This document shows, piece after piece, positions 28,597-37,853 of a stretch of DNA of 64,000 nucleotides. The position numbers were made by a program, and so were the translations under genes. The stretch is taken from positions 28,227 through 92,226 of the forward strand of contig CALWBE010000027.1 in NCBI GenBank assembly GCA_944375955.1, given 5' to 3'. The DNA is from an uncultured Clostridia bacterium (GTDB lineage: Bacteria > Bacillota > Clostridia > Oscillospirales > CAG-382). A model generated the notes under the pieces. The model was not told the DNA's origin. It worked only from the letters and a program-made list of their open reading frames with translations, and did not search any database. Position 1 is the first letter of the stretch. The number at the start of each line of letters is the position of its first letter.

Positions 28597-28710
28597 ATAC
28601 CCTATTCTGTCTCAAATAGCAATGCTAAATATTTTCAAAGTTTAACTTTTTTAGGTGGAAATATTTTTTTACCTTTATTTATAAAAGCTAATTACTGTTG
28701 TGCTATAAAA

Positions 28711-30795
28711 TCACATACAGTCTTTTCTTGAAAGATTGATACGGCCCTTATCGTCTATTTCGATAACTTTTACCTTTATTTCATCTCCTACAGAAACGAC
28801 ATCTTCAACTTTTTCTACACGCTTTTTGTCCAGCTTGGAAATATGGACAAGGCCTTCTTTACCGGGAGCATATTCAACAAAGCATCCGAATGTCATAATT
28901 CTTGTTACTTTGCCGATAAATTCTGTACCGACTTCAGGATCCTTTGCAATAGCATTAATAATACTTAAAGCTTTGTATCCGGCATCACGGTCAACTGCAG
29001 CAATAAATACTGAACCGTCATCTTCGATATCGATTTTAGCCCCGGTATCAGCGCATATTTTCTGAATAACTTTTCCGCCGGTACCGATAACCTCACGGAT
29101 CTTATCGGGGTCAATCTTAGTTGAAATCATTTTAGGAGCATACTTTGATACATCAGCTCTGGGTTCAGGGATAGCCTTAAGCATAACTTCATCAAGAATA
29201 TATATGCGCCCTTTTCTTGTTTGCTCAAATGCAGCTTTTATAATTTCCGGAGTAAGTCCGTCAATTTTAAGATCCATTTGAATTGCGGTAATGCCTTTTT
29301 TGGTTCCCGCAACTTTAAAGTCCATATCACCGAAGAAATCTTCAAGTCCCTGAATGTCAAGCATTGTCATCCATCTGTCGCCTTCTGTAACAAGGCCGCA
29401 TGATATACCGGCAACAGGAGCTGTTATCGGAACTCCTGCGTCCATTAAAGCAAGCGTTGAAGCGCATATTGAACCCTGAGAAGTTGATCCGTTTGAAGAT
29501 ACAACTTCCGAAACGAGTCTTAAAGCGTAGGGGAATTTTTCCGTATCCGGGATAACGGGAACAAGAGCGCGTTCAGCAAGAGCTCCATGACCGATTTCAC
29601 GGCGCCCGGGACTTCTTGAAGGCTTAGCTTCACCCACAGAATAAGCCGGCATGTTATAATGATGCATATATCTTTTATATTCTTCATTGTCAATTCCGTC
29701 AAGAAGCTGCTGATCGCTGACAGGACCTAACGTTACTGTTGTAAGCACTTGTGTCTGACCTCTTGTGAAAAGAGCAGAACCGTGAGTTCTCGGCAAGATT
29801 CCGACTTCAGAGGCAAGCGGACGGATTTGATCAAGCCTTCTTCCGTCTACGCGCTTGCCGTCGTCAAGCAGCCATCTTCTTACAACAAATTTTTGCAGTT
29901 TGTATAAGCATTCAGACATTTCTGCTTTTGCCTCAGGATATTTTTCCTCAAAATGAGAGAAAACATCATCATATACGACATTAAGTCTTTCTTCACGAAC
30001 GGTTTTGTCATCAGTGTCAAGAGCGGCTCTTACTTTTTCTATCGCGTATTCTGAAATCGCATCATACATATCATGATCAACTTCACATGAGGGATAAGAA
30101 AATTTAGGCTTGCCGATCTCGGCAACAATGGTATTGATAAAATCAACCACTTTTCTTATTTCTTCATGAGCCTTCATGATTGCTTCAAACATTTTATCTT
30201 CCGGAACTTCTTTTGCGCCGGCTTCGATCATAACTACTTTCTTTTCGCTTCCGGCAACTGTAAGTTCAAGCTCACTCTTTTCGCGTTGTGCAGCTGTGGG
30301 ATTAACAATGAGTTCACCGTCGACAAGACCCATAAATACGCCTGCGATAGGTCCATTCCACGGAATATCAGATATAGCAAGGGCAATAGAAGCACCTATC
30401 ATTGCAGTGATTTCGGGCGAGTTGTCGGGATCTACCGATAAAACCAAAAGATTTAAACATACATCATTGCGCAAATCTTTTGGAAAGAGCGGACGTATAG
30501 GTCTGTCAATAACTCTTGATGTGAGTATTGCTTTTTCGCTCGGCTTGCCTTCTCTTTTTAAAAAGCTTCCCGGTATTTTTCCGACGGCATAAAGCCTTTC
30601 TTCAAAATCCACTGATAAAGGGAGAAAGTCAATTCCTTCACGTGGAGCGGCACTTGCTGTAGCGGTTGCTAAAATTACGGTTTCTCCGTATCTCACAAGG
30701 GCAGAACCGTTTGCAAGCTGTGCAATTTTACCTGTTTCCACAATAAGAGGTCTTCCCTCAAATTCATATGAAAACGTTCTGTAGTTTTCAAACAT
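28711..30795 (-). CDS. pnp: Polyribonucleotide nucleotidyltransferase (PNPase)
   Basis: Two RNase PH domains, KH and S1 (FEGRPLIVETGK..., GTGGKVIQKI, GKVTRIMTFGCFVE). ATG 30795 gives 694 aa. A second in-frame ATG with its own GGAGG lies at 30864. Confidence 0.95.
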   Translation of the reverse strand: MFENYRTFSYEFEGRPLIVETGKIAQLANGSALVRYGETVILATATASAAPREGIDFLPLSVDFEERLYAVGKIPGSFLKREGKPSEKAILTSRVIDRPIRPLFPKDLRNDVCLNLLVLSVDPDNSPEITAMIGASIALAISDIPWNGPIAGVFMGLVDGELIVNPTAAQREKSELELTVAGSEKKVVMIEAGAKEVPEDKMFEAIMKAHEEIRKVVDFINTIVAEIGKPKFSYPSCEVDHDMYDAISEYAIEKVRAALDTDDKTVREERLNVVYDDVFSHFEEKYPEAKAEMSECLYKLQKFVVRRWLLDDGKRVDGRRLDQIRPLASEVGILPRTHGSALFTRGQTQVLTTVTLGPVSDQQLLDGIDNEEYKRYMHHYNMPAYSVGEAKPSRSPGRREIGHGALAERALVPVIPDTEKFPYALRLVSEVVSSNGSTSQGSICASTLALMDAGVPITAPVAGISCGLVTEGDRWMTMLDIQGLEDFFGDMDFKVAGTKKGITAIQMDLKIDGLTPEIIKAAFEQTRKGRIYILDEVMLKAIPEPRADVSKYAPKMISTKIDPDKIREVIGTGGKVIQKICADTGAKIDIEDDGSVFIAAVDRDAGYKALSIINAIAKDPEVGTEFIGKVTRIMTFGCFVEYAPGKEGLVHISKLDKKRVEKVEDVVSVGDEIKVKVIEIDDKGRINLSRKDCM

Positions 30796-31127
30796 TTTTT
30801 TTGCCTCCGTTTCCTTATTTTGATTATGGAGGCTGCTGAAAAGATTTTTAAAACTTTCAAACATAGATATTCCTCCGTTTTTGATTTTTATATAACGTAA
30901 CGGGAGGCGAAAAGGCTTAGCACTTAAAAATAACGTTCGAGAATTATTGTCGAGCGGCATTTTTAAATGCTAAAACTGTCTTGACGCCTTCCGAAACATT
31001 TTTTCATGAAAATATTAAATGAAGATTTAACGCTGTAAGAAAAAATTTATTAACATATAATGTAATGTTAAACGGCATAAAAAATAAAAAGGCACATAAA
31101 ACGGCGGTGCCGGGACTGCACTTTTTT

Positions 31128-31156
31128 GGGGCTGCCGCAGTATTTGCGGCAGCCCC
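31128..31156 (-). promoter_or_regulatory. Strong GC hairpin between rpsO and pnp (attenuator or processing site candidate)
   Basis: GGGGCTGCCGCA / TGCGGCAGCCCC, a 12-bp perfect stem with a 5-nt loop, 14 nt downstream of the rpsO stop. The run after the stem on the transcribed strand is A-rich, not U-rich. Confidence 0.55.
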
Positions 31157-31169
31157 AAGGGCAAAAAAA

Positions 31170-31436
31170 TTATTTTCTCAGACCGAGCTTTTCAATGATC
31201 GCACGATAACGGTTGATATCTTTTTTCTGGAGATATCCGAGAAGATTTCTTCTGTGACCAATCATTTTAAGAAGGCCTCTTCTTGAATGATGGTCGTTGT
31301 TGTTAGTGCGGAGATGCTCTGTAAGTGTATTGATGCGAGATGTAAGGATAGCGATCTGCACTTCAGGAGAACCGGTATCGCCTTCATGAGTACGGTACTG
31401 TTCAATAATCTGCTGCTTTTCTTCTTTTTGCATCAT
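31170..31436 (-). CDS. rpsO: 30S ribosomal protein S15
   Basis: 88 aa. ...[24 protein letters not shown]...[21 protein letters not shown]. The start follows AAAGGTGG. Confidence 0.93.
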   Translation of the reverse strand: MMQKEEKQQIIEQYRTHEGDTGSPEVQIAILTSRINTLTEHLRTNNNDHHSRRGLLKMIGHRRNLLGYLQKKDINRYRAIIEKLGLRK

Positions 31437-31797
31437 AATACATTCCACCTTTCTTTAATAAAATTACGATATATAGTCCGAAACCGAGGCAATAGGCGGG
31501 TGAAAACCTCTTAAACTGCGAAACACAGTAAGGCAAATATCCTTATCACCGCGAGCATGGACACATATTCGCAAAAATAAGTATAACATAAAACTTTAAA
31601 AAAGTAAACAGTTTTTGGAATTTTTTTAGTTTTTTTAATAGATATAACTTATATATAAATATTTTAACCTGAAAAGCTGCAAATAATCGTTAAAAATAAA
31701 TAAAAAACTTGCAGATACGAATTTTATATGGTAAAATATATAACAGTAGAAATATAGTAACAAACAGAATTATTTTATAATATATAAATATGCGGAG

Positions 31798-32190
31798 GTG
31801 GCGGTTACGCAGGAAAGATATTTTAATAAAAAAATTTTTTCTATGCTTATAGAGCGTGCGCGCGGTGACCGCAGCATACATCGTTTTGCAATTGATTCTG
31901 GGATAAGCTATGTTCAGATGAGAAAACTTTATTCGGGCCAGCAGGAAAATCCGCCTGGAAAAAAGCTTATAAAGAAATTATCAGAAAACAGCCTCGGAGG
32001 CGTGGAGTATGAGGATTATATTTTTGCTGCAGGAATAGTTGAAAAGGACAGAGAAACAGAAGTTCCGGATGCGCATGACATACAAATAATAGAAAAATTG
32101 AAGGCGTTGTCTTCAGGGCAGAGAAAGACTGCTGAGGAATTTATTGATTTTCTGCTATTAAATTCAGGCAGACGCGGTGGCAGGCTATGA
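31798..32190 (+). CDS. Helix-turn-helix (XRE-like) domain protein
   Basis: The N-terminal segment LIERARGDRSIHRFAIDSGISYVQMRKLYSG resembles XRE-type HTH domains. The start is uncertain: the GTG at 31798 abuts the GGAGG, so the true start may differ. Confidence 0.5.
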   Translation: MAVTQERYFNKKIFSMLIERARGDRSIHRFAIDSGISYVQMRKLYSGQQENPPGKKLIKKLSENSLGGVEYEDYIFAAGIVEKDRETEVPDAHDIQIIEKLKALSSGQRKTAEEFIDFLLLNSGRRGGRL

Positions 32191-32849
32191 CAGCCATAGC
32201 AGCTGTTGGTGTAGTTTTAGCTTTTCTTATAATTTTTACCGCTGTGCTTTTGTTTTTTCTTGTATGCCGTCTGATTTTCAAGTATGACAGTGATACAGGT
32301 GAGATAAGTCTATTTTTTGAGGCGCTTTTTGTAAAATTCAGAATTTATCCGAAGGATCCGGTAAAAGCGCGTAAAAAAAAGATAAAGGCAGAGCTTAAAA
32401 AAGCAAAGAAAAGAAAAAAAGAAAAAAAGAAAATCCTAAGAAACGGCCTTTCTGATATAGCAAAAGATGCTCATGCGGTTTCGGATTCAGGAGAAAAAAA
32501 GCCGACCTTGTCTGAAAAGGCGTCACACTTATCTGAAATGTTAAAGAAAATTGCCGCTAAGATACGAGTGCTTGTGCCAGGGATTATGCGCTCTATCTCT
32601 CTTGAAATCAGACGGCTTGATATAGTTGTCGGAGGAGAGGATGCTGCGGAAGCCGCTGTAAGTTACGGAACTGTATGCGCCGGAGTAGATATGCTTTTTG
32701 CCATAGGAGAAGAATGCAGGCGTTTTACTGTAGGTGACGACGTATTTGTGGCGATTGATTACGGCGGAGAAAAAATACGGGCTGAAATCGAACTGATTAT
32801 AAGAGTTCGGGCATATAAAGCATTGATAGCAGTGCTGCGCGCAATGTAA
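32187..32849 (+). CDS. DUF2953 (YtfI-like) sporulation-associated membrane protein
   Basis: 220 aa. It has an N-terminal TM helix and a Lys-rich linker, and sits immediately upstream of a GerW/YtfJ gene as in the Bacillus ytfI-ytfJ pair. ATGA overlap with the previous gene. Confidence 0.6.
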   Translation: MTAIAAVGVVLAFLIIFTAVLLFFLVCRLIFKYDSDTGEISLFFEALFVKFRIYPKDPVKARKKKIKAELKKAKKRKKEKKKILRNGLSDIAKDAHAVSDSGEKKPTLSEKASHLSEMLKKIAAKIRVLVPGIMRSISLEIRRLDIVVGGEDAAEAAVSYGTVCAGVDMLFAIGEECRRFTVGDDVFVAIDYGGEKIRAEIELIIRVRAYKALIAVLRAM

Positions 32850-32879
32850 TGTAAAAAATATGAAACGGAGGATCTGAAA

Positions 32880-33308
32880 ATGGCTGATATGCCGTTAAGT
32901 GAAGTTATAAAGACATCGCTTGAAAACATAAAGAACGTTTTAGACGCCAATACTGTAATAGGAGAGCCTATCACAGTACTTGAGGACACCGCAATAGTAC
33001 CTATATCGAAAATTTCAGTTGGATTTGCGTCTGCAGGAGCTGAATATAACGGAAAAAAAGAGCTTAAGAACAAGAATTTCGGCGGCGGCGGCGGAACCGG
33101 CGTTACGATGACCCCATTGTGCTTCATCGTAGTCAGGCGCGACGGAGAAGTAAGAATGCTAAATGTCGATCAGAACAGCGGATATAACGGAAACGAGGGG
33201 TATGTAGGCATTGTAAACGCAATAGACGAGCTTTTAAATAAAGCGCCGGGAATGATTGAAAAGGTAAAAGACATATTTACTAAAGATAAAAAGGAAGAAG
33301 ACGTCTGA
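32880..33308 (+). CDS. ytfJ: GerW family sporulation protein (YtfJ)
   Basis: 142 aa. VIGEPITVLEDTAIVPISKISVGFASAGAEY...FGGGGGTGVTMTPLCFIVV is the YtfJ/GerW signature. Confidence 0.85.
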   Translation: MADMPLSEVIKTSLENIKNVLDANTVIGEPITVLEDTAIVPISKISVGFASAGAEYNGKKELKNKNFGGGGGTGVTMTPLCFIVVRRDGEVRMLNVDQNSGYNGNEGYVGIVNAIDELLNKAPGMIEKVKDIFTKDKKEEDV

Positions 33309-33395
33309 GCAGTACGAAAAAGTATATTAGACACAAAAGTTTGTACTGCGGATTGCGGTTAGGGAGTAATATTGTTTGATCTGATTTTATATGAG

Positions 33396-33430
33396 CGGAA
33401 ACAGGACTATCTTGTTTCCGTTTTTATTTT
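33396..33430 (+). terminator. Intrinsic terminator after ytfJ
   Basis: CGGAAACA / TGTTTCCG stem followed by TTTTTATTTT. Confidence 0.75.
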
Positions 33431-33469
33431 ATATTATCAAATGTATTTCGCAAAGCTGCCTAAAATTTT

Positions 33470-34264
33470 TTAATTTATCATAGTTCTGTAATTTTTAGGA
33501 GAAACTCCAAAATGTTTTTTAAATACGGTTGAAAAGTAATATATGTTTTCAAATCCGCATATTTCGACAATTTCAGATATAGTGTAGTGACCTGTTATAA
33601 GAAGTTCTTTTGCCTTGTCAAGTTTTAGCATTGTGACATACTTTACAGGAGGCATACCGTATTTTTTTATAAAAATTTCTTTAAAATAATCATATGACAA
33701 AGATGATTCAGCACACATTTTTTTATAATTGAAACCGCGCTGAGTAAAGTGCTTTATCATATAATTGTAAGAAGGCAGTATTTTTTTTGCTTGAATATCA
33801 GTAAAATAACGGTTAGTGTGTTTTTTTATCTTTTTTATAATATCATAAAATATAGACATGCATTCAGAATAAAATCCTAATTCTTTGGAATTCCAAATAT
33901 TATATATTTTTGTAAAAAGCGGCTTTAATTCATTCATATTTTTTAAACTTACTGCATAATCAGGCATCTCATCAAAAGTGTCAAAGAAAATATCTATACA
34001 TAAGGATGACGCTATTTTTTCAACAGTATATTCTCCCCCGGAGATGTCTTTCGGCAAATATCTTATAGAGTTTGCCGTATCTTTTAACATGTTGCCGTTG
34101 AAACAAGTCAATAATTCACCTGAAATAAAGAAAATAAGCTCATATGCAGATAATTTTGAAGGATAGTGAATTATATTTTTAATACTGCTGTCCGTTTTCA
34201 TTTCATACATATTTACAGTATATATTTTTGAAATGTTTATTATTTCATTTTCAAACAGATACAA
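33470..34264 (-). CDS. AraC family transcriptional regulator (divergent from the glycyl-radical enzyme gene)
   Basis: 264 aa. C-terminal AraC HTH (SLSYDYFKEIFIKKYGMPPVKYVTMLKLDKAKELL...GFENIYYFSTVFKKHFGVSPKNYR). TTG start 8 nt after GGAGGTG. Confidence 0.88.
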   Translation of the reverse strand: MYLFENEIINISKIYTVNMYEMKTDSSIKNIIHYPSKLSAYELIFFISGELLTCFNGNMLKDTANSIRYLPKDISGGEYTVEKIASSLCIDIFFDTFDEMPDYAVSLKNMNELKPLFTKIYNIWNSKELGFYSECMSIFYDIIKKIKKHTNRYFTDIQAKKILPSYNYMIKHFTQRGFNYKKMCAESSLSYDYFKEIFIKKYGMPPVKYVTMLKLDKAKELLITGHYTISEIVEICGFENIYYFSTVFKKHFGVSPKNYRTMIN

Positions 34265-34419
34265 ATTATAAACACCTCCGAATTTTATTATATTAAATAT
34301 TTTCTCAAAGTCAATAAAAATCCTTATAAATTATAAAAACATTAAGTTATATATTTACATTTTATTGATAGGCAAATATAATTCATATATCATCCTTAAA
34401 GAACGGGAGAATCAGCAAA

Positions 34420-36543
34420 ATGACTGAGAGAATAAAAAAGCTTTCCGATATGACGGTAAAAGGTGAAATGTATATTGAGCATACAGAAACAAAATATGAC
34501 AGAAAAGATATTTTTTTGCCGCCTGTTATAATGAGTGCGAAAAGATCTAAGGAATATATATTGAATCAAAAGCCGTATGTCAGCGAATATACAGCTCTTA
34601 CGGGATATTTGCGTTTTAACGGTGATGTTATGGGAGATATTTTTAACCGTAACGGTCACCGGAACTATAAGATGCTGATGGATAATTTTTATAATAAACC
34701 GGTTGATGGACTGTGTACTTTTGAATGGCAGCACAGCGTTGCGGATTTTGAAAAAGTAATAAAAATAGGAATAAAAGGCTTCAAGGCGGAAATTGAAGTT
34801 TCAAGGGTAAATCATACAGATAAAGAAAAAAAGGATTTTTTGGATGCACTTGATATAATAGCTGACGCAATTATCGGATGGGCTGAAAAATGTTCTGCTG
34901 CTGCGCGCATAAAGTCATTGGAAGTTGCCTGTCCCGAATATAAAGCAAATCTTATAAAACTTTCTGATGCTCTTTGTAAAGTGCCTGCAAATCCGGCTGA
35001 AAGTTTTTACGAGGCGGTTTTAACTCTTTATTTGATATATGCTTTTGTACCTGACAGTATAGGAACTATAGACAGATATTTATATTCGTTTTATAAAAAA
35101 GATATAGAAAACGGAGTCCTTACTAAAGAGGAAGCAAAGTCATATTTGCAGGAACTTTTTTTAATGCTTCAAGCGAGAGTATCAATAAAATCAGACCGTT
35201 TTTATAGAGGAGGCGAATCCCATTTTTGTATCGGAGGCTATCTTGAAAATGGTGAGGATGGGTTTAATGAGCTGTCAAGGCTTATTCTTGACAGTCTGCT
35301 TGAGCTTCCCACATGGATCCCGCAGATTTCTCTGCGCTGGACGAAAAAAACTCCCGAGGACGTTTTAAAATATGTTATGGACTGTGAAAGAAAGGATCCC
35401 AATAAAAGAATAGCTTTTGTTAATGACGAACCGAGAATAAAAGCGTTTATGGAGATAGGCGGTTTTCCATATGAGCTTGCCTGTAAATATACTATGGTAG
35501 GGTGTAACGAACCTCAGCTTCCAGGTGGGATTTTTATGGGCGGATGCTATGCGAATATAGCAAAATCAATAGAAAATACTCTTTATAACTGCGGTGACGA
35601 GATATGCGAGGCAGAAAATTTTGAGGATTTTTATAAAATTTTTGAAAGAGAATTGTATAGTACAATAAAACTTTGTACGGATTATTACAACAAATTCCAA
35701 TCTGTAAGGGCAAGAGATATAAATTTAGTAAGTACAATGTTTTTTGAGGGTTCAATAAAACGTGCTGAAAGTATAACCAGAGGCGGCGCCGAGAATGCTG
35801 TTGCTGACCTCAGTTTTATTGGAATAATAACTGTTGTCGACTCACTTTCGGTAATAAAGCAATTCGTTTATGTAGAAAAGAAAATATCAATGAAAACTCT
35901 CTTAGAGGCTCTTAGGGCAAATTGGAACGGATATGAGATTCTGCATAGTGATATACTGAAAAACGGCAGGTTTTTCGGGAATGATGACGAAATCTCAAAT
36001 TATTGCGCATATAGATTTGCATGCAGTGTGTCAGAATATTTTAAAGATAAGCGGACTGATATGGGTTATAAATTTATGATAGGCAATCTTATAGGCTACA
36101 ATCAACATCATAAATGGTTTGGAGATTATGTAAGAGCCACTCCTGACGGCAGATTAAACGGAGAAATGATATCATATGGCATAGGGCAGAATAATGGGAA
36201 AGACAGAGAGGGGCTTACGGCGCTTTTAAGCTCTGTTGCCAAGCTGAATTCACATGTGATTTTTTGCGGGGAGACTGTAACTAATGTTTTTATTGATGAA
36301 CAGCTTGTAAAGAACGATAAAAATTTTGAAAAACTTGTAAAACTGTTTGAGACATATTTTAAATTGGGAGGGCTGCATTATCAGCTGAATTATGTGTCAA
36401 AGGAGGATTTGAGAAACGCGCAGACAACGCCGGAAAAATACAGGAATTTAAGAGTGCGCGTGTCCGGTTTTTCAGATTACTTTATATTTCTCAATGAAGA
36501 TTTGCAAAACGAAATTATATCAAGGACCGAAAAGTCAATATGA
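34420..36543 (+). CDS. Glycyl radical enzyme (PFL-like fold), short form, substrate unknown
   Basis: 707 aa. The C-terminal glycyl-radical motif is RVRVSGFSDYF (Gly683). The candidate thiyl loop is TMVGCNEPQ (Cys362, Glu364). A dedicated activase gene follows. Confidence 0.85.
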   Translation: MTERIKKLSDMTVKGEMYIEHTETKYDRKDIFLPPVIMSAKRSKEYILNQKPYVSEYTALTGYLRFNGDVMGDIFNRNGHRNYKMLMDNFYNKPVDGLCTFEWQHSVADFEKVIKIGIKGFKAEIEVSRVNHTDKEKKDFLDALDIIADAIIGWAEKCSAAARIKSLEVACPEYKANLIKLSDALCKVPANPAESFYEAVLTLYLIYAFVPDSIGTIDRYLYSFYKKDIENGVLTKEEAKSYLQELFLMLQARVSIKSDRFYRGGESHFCIGGYLENGEDGFNELSRLILDSLLELPTWIPQISLRWTKKTPEDVLKYVMDCERKDPNKRIAFVNDEPRIKAFMEIGGFPYELACKYTMVGCNEPQLPGGIFMGGCYANIAKSIENTLYNCGDEICEAENFEDFYKIFERELYSTIKLCTDYYNKFQSVRARDINLVSTMFFEGSIKRAESITRGGAENAVADLSFIGIITVVDSLSVIKQFVYVEKKISMKTLLEALRANWNGYEILHSDILKNGRFFGNDDEISNYCAYRFACSVSEYFKDKRTDMGYKFMIGNLIGYNQHHKWFGDYVRATPDGRLNGEMISYGIGQNNGKDREGLTALLSSVAKLNSHVIFCGETVTNVFIDEQLVKNDKNFEKLVKLFETYFKLGGLHYQLNYVSKEDLRNAQTTPEKYRNLRVRVSGFSDYFIFLNEDLQNEIISRTEKSI

Positions 36544-36605
36544 AATAAAAAAACGGCGTTTAAATGCCGATAATTTTGTAAGTTATATATGTTAAAGGAA
36601 TAAAA

Positions 36606-37454
36606 ATGAAAGCCATAATATTTGATATTCAAAGAAGTTCTTTCGTTGACGGGCCCGGTATACGGACAACAGTATTTTTTAAGGGTTGCAATCTCAGGTG
36701 TAAATGGTGTCATAACCCGGAAAGCCAAATCATAAAACCGCAGATCATGTTTTATAAAAGCAAATGCATTTCCTGCGGGAAGTGCAGGGAAGCATGCCCG
36801 AACAACATGGAAAAATGCGACATGTGCGGAAAGTGTACATACGCTTGCCCAAACGGCGCAAGAAGAATATGCGGCAGGGAATATACTATAAGTGAAGTTT
36901 TAAAAGAGATTTTAAAGGATAAAGCATTTTATGAGACATCCGGCGGAGGAGTTACATTTTCCGGAGGAGAGTGTATGCTTCAAATAGATTTTCTGGAAGA
37001 GATTCTAAAAAAATGCAAAGAAAATAAAGTTCACACAGCAGTTGATACAGCTGGTTGTATTCCATGGGAATATTTTCTTAAAATAATGCCTTATACAAAT
37101 TTATTCCTTTATGATGTAAAATGTTTTTCTGATAAATTGCATATTTTGGGAACAAATTATTCAAATAAACTCATTCTTGAAAATCTTAAGAAGCTTTCAG
37201 ATGAATTTTTAGGAGATATAATAATAAGAATTCCGGTTATCGGAGGTTTTAATGACGATACAGCCGAAATAAGAAAGATATGCGGTTTTATAAAAAGCCT
37301 TAGAATAAAAAATACGGAGATTCTGCCGTATCATAAAATGGGAGAATATAAATATGAAGCTCTTGGCATGAAAGCTTTAAAATACAAAGTTCCGGATCCT
37401 AAAGAAATAAAGCGTTTAAAAGAAGTTTTTTGCAACATTCAACAAGGGGAATAA
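36606..37454 (+). CDS. Glycyl-radical enzyme activating protein (radical SAM, with ferredoxin-like insert)
   Basis: 282 aa. FFKGCNLRCKWCHNPE radical-SAM triad, plus two extra cluster motifs (CISCGKCREACP and CDMCGKCTYACP) and the GGVTFSGGE motif. Confidence 0.9.
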   Translation: MKAIIFDIQRSSFVDGPGIRTTVFFKGCNLRCKWCHNPESQIIKPQIMFYKSKCISCGKCREACPNNMEKCDMCGKCTYACPNGARRICGREYTISEVLKEILKDKAFYETSGGGVTFSGGECMLQIDFLEEILKKCKENKVHTAVDTAGCIPWEYFLKIMPYTNLFLYDVKCFSDKLHILGTNYSNKLILENLKKLSDEFLGDIIIRIPVIGGFNDDTAEIRKICGFIKSLRIKNTEILPYHKMGEYKYEALGMKALKYKVPDPKEIKRLKEVFCNIQQGE

Positions 37455-37468
37455 TATGATAAAACTAA

Positions 37469-37513
37469 CGGGCATGACCTGAATTTTATTCGGTTCGTGC
37501 CCGCTAATTTTAT
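37469..37513. terminator. Hairpin terminator after the activase gene
   Basis: CGGGCATGA / TCGTGCCCG (9 bp, one G-U pair) with an inner GAAT/ATTC stem, then a T-rich tail. Confidence 0.6.
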
Positions 37514-37520
37514 ATAGTTT

Positions 37521-37853
37521 TTAATATTTTGTATTAAGGTCTTTTTCTGACGGCGCAGTGTTAAATAGCTTTTTATATGCCTTGTAAAATCCTGAATAAT
37601 CGTTAAATCCGCATTGCATAGCAGCCTGCATGGGAGGTGTCGAGTTTTTTATTTTCTGATTTGCGGCGGTAAGTTTTTTCTTCAATATATATTGATATGG
37701 TGAAATATGCAAGTTTTTTTTAAATTCGTGAGATAAATATGAGACAGAAATATGCAAATAATCTGCAACTGTGCTTATAAGAAAGGTCGTAGAATATGCA
37801 AAGTATTTGCCGGTAGGAAAACGAGGCATATCAACAAACAGAGCGCATACCAT
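37521..37853 (-). pseudogene. AraC family regulator fragment (C-terminal HTH half only)
   Basis: Only the DNA-binding half is recognisable (VADYLHISVSYLSHEFKKNLHISPYQYILKKKLTAANQKI...GFNDYSGFYKAYKKLFNTAPSE). No sensor domain is present. The upstream part of the ORF is read-through into the aldolase fragment on the other strand. Confidence 0.7.

Noticed and set aside
30796-30960. Longer pnp ORF starting at 30960 (MPLDNNSRTLFL...)
   Set aside because: The extension has no RBS and no similarity to PNPase N-termini. Two downstream ATGs have perfect GGAGG sites.
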